64,000 bases of DNA from Eledone cirrhosa (GCA_964016885.1 OZ024740.1:277264001-277328000), one strand, 5' to 3'. Counted from the stretch's first letter, positions 15,294 through 30,147 are shown. The notes: generated by a model not told the origin, from the sequence alone. Made by a program: numbers and translations.

Positions 15294-16100
15294 CTATATA
15301 TATATGCACTACTTTACGTATTGAATTCTGTTTCATTACTTTCCGATTATACAACCAAGGCTCCTTGGGGTTGCGGGTGCATGTGCATAAACATATTTTG
15401 AAAGGAGCCAGTGCATCACACTAAAGTATCGAAAAGCCATGACTTCACAACCACATTATATCCATTTATATCATTATTGTGATCATCTCACTATCTCAGT
15501 CAGATATAGCATAACTGAAAATTCGTTCTGTGTTCTATTACTTCTGAGTCATTCAATATACATCGGTATTCTGTTTGCAGCACACATCGGTTCAAAATTA
15601 ACGAAAATTCTCCTGGGTTAAATTTATGAAGCAAAAAAAAAAAAAAAATGAAAAATCTGCGTAAGAACTATTAAATTAAATCACGTTCAGTTTATGGAAA
15701 ACAGCGCAACAACTAACAAATTGCCATAGTATGATTGTTAAACTTGTATATGTCTCTAGGCTATATCTCTCAGCGCCTCATTTTTTTACTGCAAGACTAA
15801 AATATCTTTAAATATGTTTACATATATCGATCTTAATTTAACTCAGCGTTTTACTAGCTAGCTCGGGTTCGCTAATCTAATCTAATTTAGCTAGTCTCGA
15901 AATAATATTAGCAACTACACTCAAACGATATAAGAAATAATATATGAAGTAATGTTTGTTCGTTGGGGAAATAAATGAACAGCTTTTCTTCATAACAGCG
16001 GCTACTGCTGGATACAGTTATTGTCCGGTGTTAACCCGAGATCAAGCTTCATAATGCAAATACGATCAAGGTCGTTCCAATCTTTGACCACACCATCTTT

Positions 16101-16534
16101 CACTTCCATATTTGCATAAGTTAAACTACCTGTACTGAATGTATGATGGTGATAATAGAGTTTAAGTATAAAGAAACAGTAGAATAGTTATGGCCTTAGG
16201 TTAACCAATAACTTTTTATTCAGGTGTAATGTGTCCGAACACGGAAGAGCCGAACTTCCACTGTTATCGCCTCCATCTCAACTCGCCCTCTTCATCTCTC
16301 TGTATTGTGAGCAAGTGGGGTCCCACGTGCTGGCCGTGCCACAGCCCCGGCGGACAGAATGGAGAAGGCGTTTCCCCGGAGGATGGTAAGGTAGATACGC
16401 TGGAAGAGCCATTCCGTCTCGCGAGGCTCACACCTGCTGCTGGCCAGCTCATCGCCTATGGTGGTGAGTAAGGAGGTAGCTCTAGGGCCAAGGACACCAG
16501 AAGTCTCCACTACCAAAGGCACGACCGCAAACAT
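16101..16534 (-). mobile_element. 3' fragment of a CRE-like (REL-endonuclease) non-LTR retrotransposon with a 30-bp TSD
   Basis: FAVVPLVVETSGVLG...WLFQRIYLTILRGNA is the typical CRE-clade C-terminus. Identical 30-mers lie at 16071-16100 and 16535-16564. Confidence 0.75.
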
Positions 16535-16734
16535 GTCGTTCCAATCTTTGACCACACCATCTTTTACTTGTGTAGCTTATCTTGGATTACATTATCCAAT
16601 GTATCTTTCACGTTTCATGATTTTAGCTCAGAAGTTCAGTCAGCTGCAAGATTTGATGCCGAATTTTAAAATTGAATTTTAAGAATACAATGAGTGTCAT
16701 GAAAAATGTGTTATTGCTAATTTTGTTTCCTACC

Positions 16735-17210
16735 TAACTTTCTTCCTCTCCCTTTTACTTCCTACCTTCTTTTCTTCCTTTCTTTCTCTTTCTCTTCATT
16801 CCCTCCTCCCTCCCTTCCTTTCTTCCCTCCCTTCTTTCACCTCCCTCCCTTTTTCGCTTCCTTCCAGCCTTCCTTTCTTCCTGTCTCAATTACTTCCTCC
16901 CTCCCTTATTTCCTTCCTTCCTCCTTTTCCCTCCCTCCTCTCTTCTTCCATTCCGTCCTTCCTTCCTCTCCCTCCCTTCCTCTCCCTCCCTTCTTTCCTT
17001 CTTTCCTTCCTCTCCCTCCCTTTTCCCGTTCTTCTTTCCTTCTTTCCCTTCTTTCCTTCCTTTCTCTCCCTTCTTCCCTTCCTTCCTTCTTCTCTTCCTA
17101 CCTACATTCCTCTCCCTCCCTTCTTCCCGTCTTTCCTCCCTCCCTTCTTCATTTCCTACCTTCCTCCCTTACTCTTCCTTCCTTCTTTCCTCTCTTCCTT
17201 CCTTCCTTCC
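16735..17210. repeat. Degenerate (TTCC)n/(CT)n polypyrimidine tract
   Basis: About 475 bp of almost pure pyrimidines. Confidence 0.92.
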
Positions 17211-18307
17211 TGATACGGCCATAAGGCCACTGTCATTTGGTGACGTCAATCTCTTGCTACAGCTGATTTCTTCCCAAGAGATAGAACATTGGTGACAGAT
17301 TACATCAGAATATTTCTGATAAATCTCACTCTAGAGAATCTTAATATTAACGCCGACGCCTTATTTGTGACAGGTAATAGACCACATAACGTTTTCCACC
17401 GCTTGGGATAATTTCCACCAGCGCTTGGGATAATTTCCGCCAGCGCTGTTTAAAGATTTAATAGTCGCAGGAAATTATAATATTTTTTATTTATTTATAC
17501 AAATTTGTATAACATTATGATCATTTGAGGTTCAGTAATAGGCCTTAGGCGGCTGCCTATGGTAGCAGTGACCTTGCTTCCAAGGAACTAAAATTTAAGA
17601 TTGATGATAATACGGTGAAAATACTTGGAATATTTGGAATCGGCGTTCATTATACAAAATCGAATAGTTCTAACTTACAAGGGAAGAGGATGTTTTAGTT
17701 GTTAGGGTTCTGTAATCATCTGACAAGACAGGAACGCAAGTTTTACAAGGGTGGATGTACACCTAAAAGTTGTTACATCTGGAATGACCTCGATGAGATT
17801 TGAACTCAGTGAACAGAAAGCCGAAACGAATACCGCAAATCATTCTATCCAACGTTGTAACGACTCTGCCAATTTGACGCATCATAAAACCTCAAATACA
17901 ATTTTACTCCCCGAGAAAAAAATGCTACTTTTCAAAATATTGTACTAATTTGCACAATTACTCTGAATGAATTATTTTATCTTAATCAGTAAATTTTTCC
18001 AGTATATGTTGCAGTGCTTGGAGTTGTACAATCTTCTTACTTTTCTGTCTTGAGCTAAAAATTACAAATTTCAATAAAATTTACTCCGAAATGATGCAAA
18101 ATTCAGTTAGCTAAATGTAAAATCATAAACTACGATTTTGAATGAAAGAGCGAGCGCAGACGCTCAGACATTTCTAAGTATTGAGACTATATTGGCATAA
18201 GTAATGCGCTACATGGTATTCGAGTGGACTGAATCAATATCGAATTTCTAGTTGTCCACGAATCATGTGGTTCTTTATATCTTTTAGGTATGCATTCTTA
18301 TTATATA

Positions 18308-19287
18308 AGGCGACGAATTAGCAGAGTCGTTATAACGTCGGATAGAATGCCTCACGGTATTCATTCCGATTCTCTGCCTTCTGAGTTCAAATCCCGCCGA
18401 GGCCATATTTGGCATTCATCATTTCGAGGTCGAAAAAAAGAGTACCAGTCCAGGACTGGAGTCAATTCGTCTTCTATACATCTTTCTCACTTTCTATCCT
18501 TCTCTGGAAGAAATCTGCTGTGTTCAGACCTGGAGAGGGATGGGCTAAGAAACATCGTATATCATTACGGCACCCCTAAGACTCCATCATGAGTTACGGG
18601 ACCATACTATACCATTATTATTATTAGAAACCTAAGGGCGGTGGATTGGCAGTATCGGTAGAGGGTCTGACGCCATGTTTTGCAGAATAGAGTTATAGTC
18701 CTTTATGACCTGAGTTCAAATCCCGCCTTTGCTTTTCATCTTTACGAGGTCGATAAAATAAAGTACCAGTCATGCAATGGGTCGATTTAATCGACTTTCC
18801 CCTCCCCCCAAATTGATGGCCTTGTGCCTACATAAAAAAAAAAAACATTATTAGAAACCTAATGGTGGTGGATTAGCAGTATCGGTAGAGCGTTCATCAT
18901 AATGCTTTGTGGCGCATATTTGCGTCCCTTTACACTCGAATTTCAAATCCCGCCGAGGTTAGCTTTGTCTTTTATGCTTTCGGGGTTGATAAAGCAAAGT
19001 ACTCAGTAACGCACTGGGGTTTATTTAATTGACTTTCCATTCCCCCAAATTGTTGCCCTTGTGCCTGAATCAGAAGCCTTTATTAGAAATCTAATAATAT
19101 TGTTTCTAATTTTGGCACAATGTCAGCAATTTCCCTAGTGCATTACTGGTGCTTTATTTTATCGACCCCGTAAGGATGAAAGGCAAAGTTAATCTCAGTG
19201 GATTTGAACGCAGAACATAAAGGGCCACAACTCTATGCTGCAAGGCGTGATGTCTGACACTCTACCGATACTGCCAAAGCACCGCCC
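18308..19287. mobile_element. Cluster of four tRNA-SINE copies (18308-18470 +, 18637-18846 +, 18864-19080 +, 19100-19287 -)
   Basis: Each has A/B boxes and the core. The last three are separated by repeats of (at)tattagaaacctaa. Confidence 0.85.
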
Positions 19288-20238
19288 TAGAAACCTAATA
19301 ACAATAGTAAGACGTAAAATAGAAAAATACCCGACACACAGAGATATATGTTTGTCCTGGGTTTATCACAAACTACGTATTCCATTGGATGAATTTAATC
19401 ATATATTTCGCAGGGAAATATTGCTCGTTGTCTTATATATGTTCCATAAACATCTAGAAAATTGAATTTTGTAAAAATACGCCGGGGAATCAAAATAAGA
19501 TTTGAATCATTAATTTATTCTGGCATCACTCTGATATTTGCATAAATAAAATTAACTTTAATTTCAATTCCATTTAGCGCAACGCGTTGAAAGTATGATA
19601 AAGGGGCGTAACCCTTTCTAGAGTTTTCTCCCTTGTCAGTAAATTTACGAAGTATTTTTGATAAAATCAAGTAAAATAGACTACCACCATCGTAAAAGCC
19701 TAGAACGTGTGTGGACTACAAAAGATACATTAAGCAGTTGATAGCCTCGTTATAAAAAGCAGCCAAAACCTTTTAAATCACACGCTACCGGTTCTTGAAG
19801 CGATGGGTACATTACACAGGTAAGCTTCTTGATATTCTAAAAGGCTAAAATGGATTTGATCCATAAGTCTGCTCAATCAAAGCTGCCCTGGGAGTAAACA
19901 ACACCTGGACTCCGAATAAATGAGGATGCCTCTCTGTTATCACACTATCAGCAAGGCAAAGCTAGAAAATCCTTCCCATGTCTTACTTATATCTTGATGT
20001 AAAACACATTGGATATTGCAACACTGAGTATGTTATTTATTTAGGTAAGGTGAGAAGTTCATTGCAAAAATGTATTTTATCTTCCCGACCAGTGCTGACC
20101 TGGGCGTAACCAGTCCAAAAAGTGATGATGTCCAGTATGTCACTCAAACCACCTTCCAACTGACACTTATTACATTCAAATTTCTTTCCGCATGTATATT
20201 ATTGTTGGTCATTTATCTACAGGCAAAATATGAGAGTA

Positions 20239-20750
20239 TCTTCTTCTTCTTCTTCTTCTTCTTCTTCTTCTTCTTCTTCTTCTTCTTCTTCTTCTTCTTC
20301 TTCTTCTTCTTCTTCTTCTTCTTCTTCCCGAGAGGGTCGTGGGGGCAGAGTCCTCAAACATCTCCTTCCAGCGGGACCTGTCAAAAGCAACTGTCTCCAA
20401 CTAACCCGGCTGGATCCTCAAGTGAAACCAGCTGAGGGCATTGTTGTTATCCAACCATCTTGCTCTGGGTCTACCCCCCCCCCCCCCAAAGTCTCCTGCC
20501 AATTGGTTTTGCCTGTAAAATCTTTCCAGCCATTATTTCCTGAGACATCCTAACCACATGCCCACAGTATCGGAGCTGTGATCACTAATTTCGGAGAAGG
20601 AGCGACTCTATCTGGAGTGACTCTGAACCCCGAGCTACGCACTTTATCGATTAACTTTACTCCAAAGACCCTCGAAGGAACCCCATTTCGCCAGCTTATA
20701 TTCGTGATCGTTTTCTTCCGGTCGTTACCATAGGTAAGGTTTGGCACGAA
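20239..20750 (-). mobile_element. RTE-clade LINE 3' fragment ending in (GAA)n
   Basis: Minus-strand GHVVRM...GRPRARWLD...DRSRWKEM, followed by (GAA)n at 20239-20326. Confidence 0.65.
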
Positions 20751-21750
20751 TACCGAATATACCTAGTTTGGATTATATGCCCACCTCTCTTCTGATTACC
20801 GAATGCTGAAGCAGGCGCATTATCCCAGACACCGTCCTGATAGCAGGTGTGTAGGAGAACTTCTTATTGCGAAATCGATGGATAGTCTACCAGAACACTT
20901 TATTTGCTGGTCTGAAGTCGAATTCCACCTTAACCCCAAGGAGATCCTTCCTTGATGAAGCCACTGCAGCGTTAGATGTAGTTAAGACTGGGTCATATAT
21001 CCTGATGAGAGATTTCAATACACATATTGATATGGAGAGATATGATTGGAAGGAATGGTGACCCCGATCTAAATACGAATGGAGAGTCTCTACCTGTTTG
21101 ACCGAAATCGTAACAATAACAACCAATCCACGCCAAAAATCTCGTAAAAGTCTTGGCATTTGATAGTTTCAGTTATATGACTAAATAAACCCCTGAATGT
21201 TCATGGTCGGAACACTAATTATTGTTTAATGATTATATAGCTTTATCCACACGTAAAGACAAATCATTTAAAAACAACATACTCCACAATAAAGGGCAGA
21301 TATAGTTTCTGGCTCCACTACTCATATATGGCGCCAGAATTAACTGCATAGGTCAGAGTTGGTATACTCACAAGTCACCCGGCTGTTAGAAAGTGGTATG
21401 GACTGGCTTCCATTGGGAAGGAGAATTTGTCTCTTGAAGCGTACGCTAAAATAAATATTTCTTTGGGTGGTGCAAGTTTATGCACCAAACAGAGTCAAAT
21501 TATTAATAGAAACCCAAAAATGCTTGTGCCATCTGATCAGTGATCTGGTTCGTTATGTAGAAAGAGAGCAAGGAGGAACTAGATAATATGTATTCAGTGC
21601 AAGCAATGTGTACACAAATTGTCTAAGATATCTCCGGCGTATTTCCAGATAAGATAGATACCCATTTAGAATTAGAAATATATACGAAATGATGTATCGT
21701 AATATATTGTATATAATTTCGTATGCTTAGGTTCACTTACAATGATTGGC

Positions 21751-21876
<126 letters not shown>

Positions 21877-22045
21877 GCCAATCATTGTAAGTTTGAATCT
21901 GATGTGAGAAAAACCACAGACCCTCCATCTCAACTCTACTTTTGAAAAGCAGAAGAACTGCAAAACCGGTAAAGGAACCAAATAAATATATATATATATT
22001 TTTAAATAAGGCTCCAGTTGCATTTTCGATTTCATCCTTTTTTTT

Positions 22046-22118
<73 letters not shown>

Positions 22119-22121
<3 letters not shown>

Positions 22122-22435
22122 TGGCGGACTGGGTCTAAAATTACTGGTTGCCAGGAGGATAAGAAGGGGCCTACCTACATATAGAATGCTATCATTTAAT
22201 TTTTATAATGAATAAATAACATTTTTTTTAAATATATAAGTGGAAACAAAACAGTGCAATCACATTTTTGCGGAAAAATATCTTACCTTCTCCAATAAAA
22301 AATATTATGTATTTTGCGAAATCCAGAGTCTTTCAATAATGACCTTTGGTCTTTCACACTCACTCAATATATATATATATATACCTAATAAACCTTTATT
22401 TGTCTGCCTCTCTGTTTTGTTCCCGTCCAAATTTG

Positions 22436-22514
<79 letters not shown>

Positions 22515-22923
22515 CAGGGTGGCCCAAAAGTGACACAGCGGTCGGAACTGTTTATAATTTTTTATTTAATTTTTCATGGGTAATTTAGAGGTGTGACAAG
22601 TATTGACAAGTGCAAAATAATTTCCATTATGTCCTTTAAGTTGTATCAAAATGTTATACATCAATCTGTACAATTCAGTAAGTTAATAAATACTAATATG
22701 GTAGTGCGTGTATATGTGTGCATGTACATGTGTATATAGAGATTCATATACATGTAGACATAACATGCTTTCAACTTGTACAAAAATCCCTAGGAATCTA
22801 ATTGACATTGTATATATATATATATATATATATTGTTATACTTGGGGAGGGTCATATTGTTGTAATAATATTGCCAAAAATAATAACAGAACACACTCAC
22901 TGTTTAGTTGGTTTTCGCTTCTG

Positions 22924-22981
<58 letters not shown>

Positions 22982-23465
22982 GTGTATAGCCTGCCCGCCC
23001 AGCTAGTGGGATGGCGTTATCTTATGACTAAAACAGCACGACGTGCTGTGACCGGCGACGCCGAATGGACGCCTGACAGGCTGGTCGGTCAATGTGATCA
23101 AGGTAATATATATATATATATATATATGCTTGTGTGTGTGTGTCTATATATGTATGTTTACATGCATGAATGAATACACTAAGCTTTAGATTTACAATGT
23201 GCAACCACTGATTTCAGCTATTTGCACTATCATATATTTTGGTTTCTATTAATTCCCCGGGGAAGTGGTTGACCAAGTGCTTTACTTAATTGTTTTTTTT
23301 TTTGTTTTTTTTTTTTTCAATTAGACTTTCTCTTAGACTTCAGGTATTTTTTGAAAGCAAAACATTGGCCCCTAAAATACTACAGTGGCCCCTGCAATGC
23401 TACCATGGTCCCCCTGGGGCCTATTTGTCATTGGATAACCTGGCAACCTGGCCAGTCCGCCACTG
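22119..23465. mobile_element. Non-autonomous DNA transposon (hAT-like), with nested insertions
   Basis: Perfect 14-bp TIRs cagtggcggactgg (22119-22132) and ccagtccgccactg (23452-23465). The TSD is not clean because the flanks are TA/CA repeats. Confidence 0.65.
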
Positions 23466-23594
23466 CACATACACATACGCGTCAGCGTGTTGAAAAAACC
23501 CTAGTGTTTTTAAAATGCACAAGGTACGTCGTATATTATGATGACACTCCCAAGACTTCACCATTAGTTGATGCTACAAAGAGGAAATTCCTTG

Positions 23595-23815
23595 ATTGAG
23601 TTGTATATTGTGTTCTTCAGTAAAATACTTCATTTCACGTTGCTCCTATATACTCAGCTGAAATCGAATACCAGCAATAGCTGGAGTGGGGGGGGGGTTT
23701 AACCCTGCGATGGACTGGCGCCGTGTCCAGATAGGAGTCTTGTTCTCTCAGTCGCTTCATGGCACGGAAACCAGGATAAGCACTAACCTGATGACCGCTC
23801 GGGTTGGAGATAGAC
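23595..23815 (+). mobile_element. Second SINE family (CORE-like), decayed
   Basis: atttcacgttgctcc..actcagctg core-like segment and a ccctgcgatggactggcg...tcgcttcatg..cggaaacc.ggataagc tail. Confidence 0.5.
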
Positions 23816-24099
23816 ATTAGACAAAGAAGAAGGAAATAAACTTTTTCTCCAAAATTAATCTTGTATTTAGACAAAACTAATTTACATGAAGATCTGATGA
23901 TAGTTGCTCACTTTTCGATAAGTTTTCTTTTTGTTTTATGTTATTGTAGTTCTCTTTTGTTTAGTCTTGGCTGTTCCTTTGACAGTTAAATGCCTACTTA
24001 TTGAACATTACAGAACCAGTGACGTTAGGTCAGGAAATAGGTCGAATGTGTGTGAACTTTGTTAGGAACAAAGCTGCAATTAACTGTTCACTTAAATTC

Positions 24100-24194
24100 C
24101 AGAATTATTATTAATGTCACTACTATTAGTATCATTAAAAGGATTATTATTATTGTTGCTGTTGATTTTGTTGTTGTTGTTGTTGTTGTTATTG

Positions 24195-24244
<50 letters not shown>

Positions 24245-24590
24245 GTTATTATTATCATTACATCAGTGGCCAGTGATGTGTAAGGCCGGACGTGGCAGGT
24301 TTTATTGTGCAAAGCTGGACAACTGACCTGTGGTTCTCTATTTTATACACCAATAAAACTTTCTAGTTTCCAGCCCTCCACTAAATAGCAAACAACGCTG
24401 GTTTGCCATCATCGTCATCGTCATCATTATCATCATCATCGTCATCATTACCACCATCATCATCCTTTACAATGGTCACCACCATTATTTTCTACCATCA
24501 CTATCACCAACATGATACTTATATCAACCATCAGTATCATCGTCACACCAACCACCACCACCACCACCACCACCACCACCACTATATTAT
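24100..24590. repeat. Compound (GTT)/(ATT)/(ATC)/(ACC) trinucleotide repeats
   Basis: Direct reading. Confidence 0.9.
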
Positions 24591-24776
24591 CGAATTGGCA
24601 GTATCGGTAGAGGGTTGGACGCCATGCTTTCTAGCATAGTTACGTCCCTTTACAGTCTGAGTTCAAATCCCGCCTAGGTTAACTTTGCCTTTCATCCTTA
24701 CGGGGTCGATAAAATAAAGAACCAGTAATGTACTGAGTAATTGCTGGCCTTGTGCCTGAAGTAGAACAATTATTAT
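24591..24776 (+). mobile_element. tRNA-SINE
   Basis: A box, B box, core and tail. Confidence 0.9.
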
Positions 24777-25177
24777 CAAGGTCATTACAACTATACTCAT
24801 CATTACAATCATTGTCCTCGTTGTGACAGCCACCATATAGTTCTTACCACTACCGCCACCTATTGACTGTCACTCAAATAGATTACCAAGAAGAAGAAGG
24901 GGAAATTTTCAACCGATTTAAAAGTTAAAGAAAGAAAAAAAGGGAAATATTTAATAAATTTGAACTTTGAAACGACAGCATCTGTAACAGTAACAAGATT
25001 AACAACGACAATAATAACAACAAGAACAACAACAGAAATACAGGATTATCCAGAATTCAGTACGTACAGATGAGAAAGAAGTTTACATGTCAGTTAAACA
25101 GTTTAATTTTGTTAATCAAAAATATTCTAACTATTGCAGTTCGGTTTTTTTTTTGTACTTGTTTGCAGGAAATACAT

Positions 25178-25642
25178 AAACCATAACTATATTATCAAAG
25201 TTATATCTACATTATAAAACCCATAACTACATTATCAAACTCATATCTACATTATCTAACCTATATCTACATTATAAAACCCATAACTACATTATCAAAC
25301 TCATATCTACATTATCAAACACATATCTACATTATCAAACACATAACTAAATTATCAAACCCTTAAATACATTATCAAACCCTTAACTACATTATCAAAT
25401 ACATAACTAAATTATCAAATATATTACTACATTATATACATACACCATAACTATATTATTAAACCTATATTTACATTATAAAACCCATAACTACATTATA
25501 AAACCCATAACTACATTATCAAACTCATATCTACATTATCAAACACATATCTACATTATCAAACACATAACTGCATTATCAAACCATCATCTACATTATC
25601 AAACCATTAACTGCATTATCAGACCCTTAACTACATTATCAA
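25178..25642. repeat. 20-bp minisatellite, consensus AAACCCATAACTACATTATC, about 23 units
   Basis: Units are in direct tandem with no unique spacers. Confidence 0.92.
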
Positions 25643-26899
25643 TCGTGTCCTTTCTAATTTTCTGAGTATGGTGTGATTTGTAGGTGATTTGACTGCTATT
25701 TATAGCAGATAGAGTGACTACTTAAAATCATCCTCGTTGAACCCTCAATTAAACCACGTATAAATAGAAGGATGTGACTATGGGAGTTGACATTAAATAC
25801 CGACTACGTACAGAAGTGAATTAAATTTATACACACTTTTTTTCATTTCGAAACACATCACATTGTTACTGTGCCATTATGAATATTGAATTTTCATTAT
25901 CGATTTTTTTTCCTTAATCCCTCATGAACAAATATATTCGTTTCCTCTACTCAAACACAGAGTCCCTCTATCTTGACAACGAGGAGCCGCAATGTGGCCG
26001 TTCTCAGATAATACACTACTGTGTAGGAAGGGAACGTTAGGTAATGTAATTCTAAATTTACTATGTCTGAATAAAAGACAGAATGATCACGGTTGCAACG
26101 ACTTTGAACCATGAAGTGCGAGCAAATATGGTATTCGGAATTTGGGGGGGCTGCAGTGTAAAATACAGTATAATGCTTTCAACCGGAATTGTCTGTCTCA
26201 CGGATTCGTTTATAACCAAAATACTCACGTTGCGTTTTTTGACAATTGCCGATTTGCAAAAATTGAGTTCTCAGAAAGCCGAACTTATGGCAGATGATAT
26301 AGCATATTAGACACCAGTATCGACTTAACACTTATTTTATCGACTGACTAGATATAACATCAATACGCAATTAAATAATACAAGGCATTTAATCCATGGC
26401 AATATCAAATCTGTCATTCATCGACCACTATAAACAAATAAAAGGAAATCTGTTTCCACATAACACTGCTTGACTATTTATTAGTGTCTCCAGAAAATGT
26501 ATCTCTAGCTCGTAGTTTATTTCAACAATTACGTTGTAACTATGGCTTAGACATGTGAGGCCCGAGCTGTTCAGTTCACTGTAAACGAATACCATAATTA
26601 ATTAACCATATCTCTACAGCGCCAGAACAGTGTAGATAAAATTATGGAGTACTTTGATAACTTGCAGTGCAAATTTCAAAAACATTTAACCTCCAATATG
26701 TCTTTCCCAGAAGGTTAGTCTTCACTAGTTCGTCACTGCTTAAGTTATTTCCTGTTGCCGCGAACTTGAAACTAATCAAGCTGAATACGTTCAATTATTT
26801 ATCAGACTGGGTAAATTAAGACACAAGAATTATTATTTCGGGCGACGTGATTAGTTTATACACAGATATTTCATACATTATTACATATTGGGTCAACAG

Positions 26900-27590
26900 G
26901 TACCGATTTGAATTACTGGACCGTATGAAAATAAATATCGTTATCGAAGATCTCAAGTTTATTCTATGAATGTTCGATGAATGCAATAACCGTCAAATAT
27001 CAAGAACAGTCATAAGAACTAAAGTAGCACCAACATAAAAAAAATCTGGTTATGGGTCAACACGAAAAGAACATGTATGATGAGCCACTAAAAATGTTGG
27101 AGTTAATTTTAATTCATACCTAAAAAAAAAAGATTGGAAAAGATATCTTGATCACTGTTTCATGTTATGGAACGAAAGAATAGATAAACTAAATGAATTT
27201 AAAAATATTATCAATCGCGTAAGTACAATATTCAATTCACGATGGAATTTAGCATTGAAGAACTCTTCATTTTAAACAAAGATAATAGATGAAGGGATTG
27301 AAACGGATATAGATTATGAACCAAAAAACACAAAATGACTCTTACTATTCAGACATTCCCTCCCTAAATAGATACAAACACCTATTCTTTTTACTTTGGC
27401 GAAACAAATATGCTCAACTGTTTCCAATATGGCAATACGAGACCCAAGACTGACAGAATTACAAACTATCTTCATCCTCCGAATATTTTCCTCCATTTTG
27501 TAAAATGGGGAATAGAAAGCGAAAAGTATGAACATTCAAGATTTATAAACGGTAAAAAATTATACCAATCGTAAACATATTTTCATTCAT
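26900..27590 (+). pseudogene. Highly decayed Penelope-like RT fragment
   Basis: IQFTME...IETDIDY.P...HSLPK.IQT....LAKQIC matches the PLE RT C-terminus/thumb. Confidence 0.55.
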
Positions 27591-27597
27591 ATCAACA

Positions 27598-27673
<76 letters not shown>

Positions 27674-27732
27674 TATATATCCATATATATATATATATGA
27701 TATATATATAATACGTAACGTTATTATGTAAG

Positions 27733-27811
27733 AAGCTGTCTGATGAGATCATGGCACTAGGTACGCAGAATCGCGTGGCAGCTGTCTTATCGAAATATGT
27801 ATCACAGCCTT
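27733..27811 (+). ncRNA. Type I hammerhead ribozyme motif with a long stem II region
   Basis: aagctgt-CTGATGA-GAT...ATC-GAAA-tatgt-ATC-acagc(c)tt. Confidence 0.65.
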
Positions 27812-27919
27812 ATCAATAAAGGACGCAACATCAGAAACTAATTCACATTTTCTTAATCTATATATAAATATATCTATATATACATATATATGGATTTTAG
27901 TCTTCAAATTTATTATTAT

Positions 27920-28522
<603 letters not shown>

Positions 28523-28777
28523 AGGTTCGTTACAATGACTGATAGTATTCTTCGCGGTTTTCGTTCTGGCTCTCTAAACTCTGTGTTTAAATCCAGCCGG
28601 GGTTACCGCTCTCTCCCTCTAGAAGAAATTGGCAGCCAAATCGTGATGGACTCCGCCAGTTTTAAATGCGTAATACATGCTTCTTTCTCTAAGGCTCCCC
28701 TGCAATTCCATCAGAATATATATATATATATATATGTGTATGTGTGTATGTGTATGTGTATGTGTGTGTGTGTGTGT

Positions 28778-28838
<61 letters not shown>

Positions 28839-29248
28839 GTTAAAAAATGAAAGAATAAGACAAGGTGAAGTTAGCACATTGTTTTACGATCGTTCCGTGG
28901 CAGTTATGCAACGCCATGCCATTAGCCTAAAATACGACATCGTTACTGCTATCTGTCCTCAGAAACAATGAGTGTTTATAGTTTTAAGTACCCGACGATA
29001 TAAATAGGCAGGTATTTCCTGAAAAAATATATTTCATACTGCATTGAATCCTAAAATGGTTATAATCCTATCTTGATAAGGTAAAACACTGATGTCTGTA
29101 TATATATATATATATATGATAACGTGATATTCCTTGTTCGATCATTATACCAAAAGCTTATTGTTTTAAGCAGACAGTATTACTAATTTAGGTGTCGGAG
29201 AAACCCTGTACTGGATTTTACCAATTCCAAGGGTCCAGCTTTGTTATA

Positions 29249-29289
<41 letters not shown>

Positions 29290-29492
29290 TCATGGAAATT
29301 TGGGACTTGATTCTTTCTTCCTCACTTTTCGTTGCTTCATCATCTTTGTTTGTTTACACTCTCGTGTCCCCTTTATTTACGTGTCCCAACGACTTTTTTT
29401 AGCCGTTGCTCGCACCAACCGGAGGTATATGGTCTTTAAAGCGATGAAATACCAATGATGGTTGGAAGATCACTGATGAAGGACTAACTTCA

Positions 29493-29544
<52 letters not shown>

Positions 29545-29546
29545 TA

Positions 29547-29579
<33 letters not shown>

Positions 29580-29584
29580 GATTA

Positions 29585-29626
<42 letters not shown>

Positions 29627-29886
29627 TATATATGTATATATATATGATTATATATGTATATATATATATATATGATTATGTCATTTATTTTGTCTGACCT
29701 GTTTAGCTTGACTTGTTTTGGGGCTTAGGTGGTTTAATGGCTTCTTGACCGCCTTCTCAGTTTCTATGGCCTTTATAACCTATGTTTATTGCTCTGGTCT
29801 TTTAGCCCATGGAGCGCTTGCCAGCATGACTCGGAATTTGCATTACGTTTCGCTTTTTCTACCCGCCGAAATGCGATTCTCGGTGA

Positions 29887-29958
<72 letters not shown>

Positions 29959-30075
29959 AAATAGAAATGGCTTTATATATTAAATATTTATAGCCTGCTA
30001 TGTATTGAGTATCTTACTTAATGTGGTTACACCCAATTGAACCCTGGATACATACACACACACACACACACACAA

Positions 30076-30147
<72 letters not shown>

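Noticed and set aside
17340-17462. Possible piggyBac-like end with 21-bp tandem repeats
   Set aside because: No matching second TIR or TTAA duplication was identified.
20867-21130. SYILMRDFNTHI resembling an APE endonuclease motif on the + strand
   Set aside because: Too short and decayed to assign; at most an inverted scrap of a LINE.
25178-25642. CRISPR-like array
   Set aside because: The units are contiguous with no unique spacers, there are no cas genes, and the context is eukaryotic.
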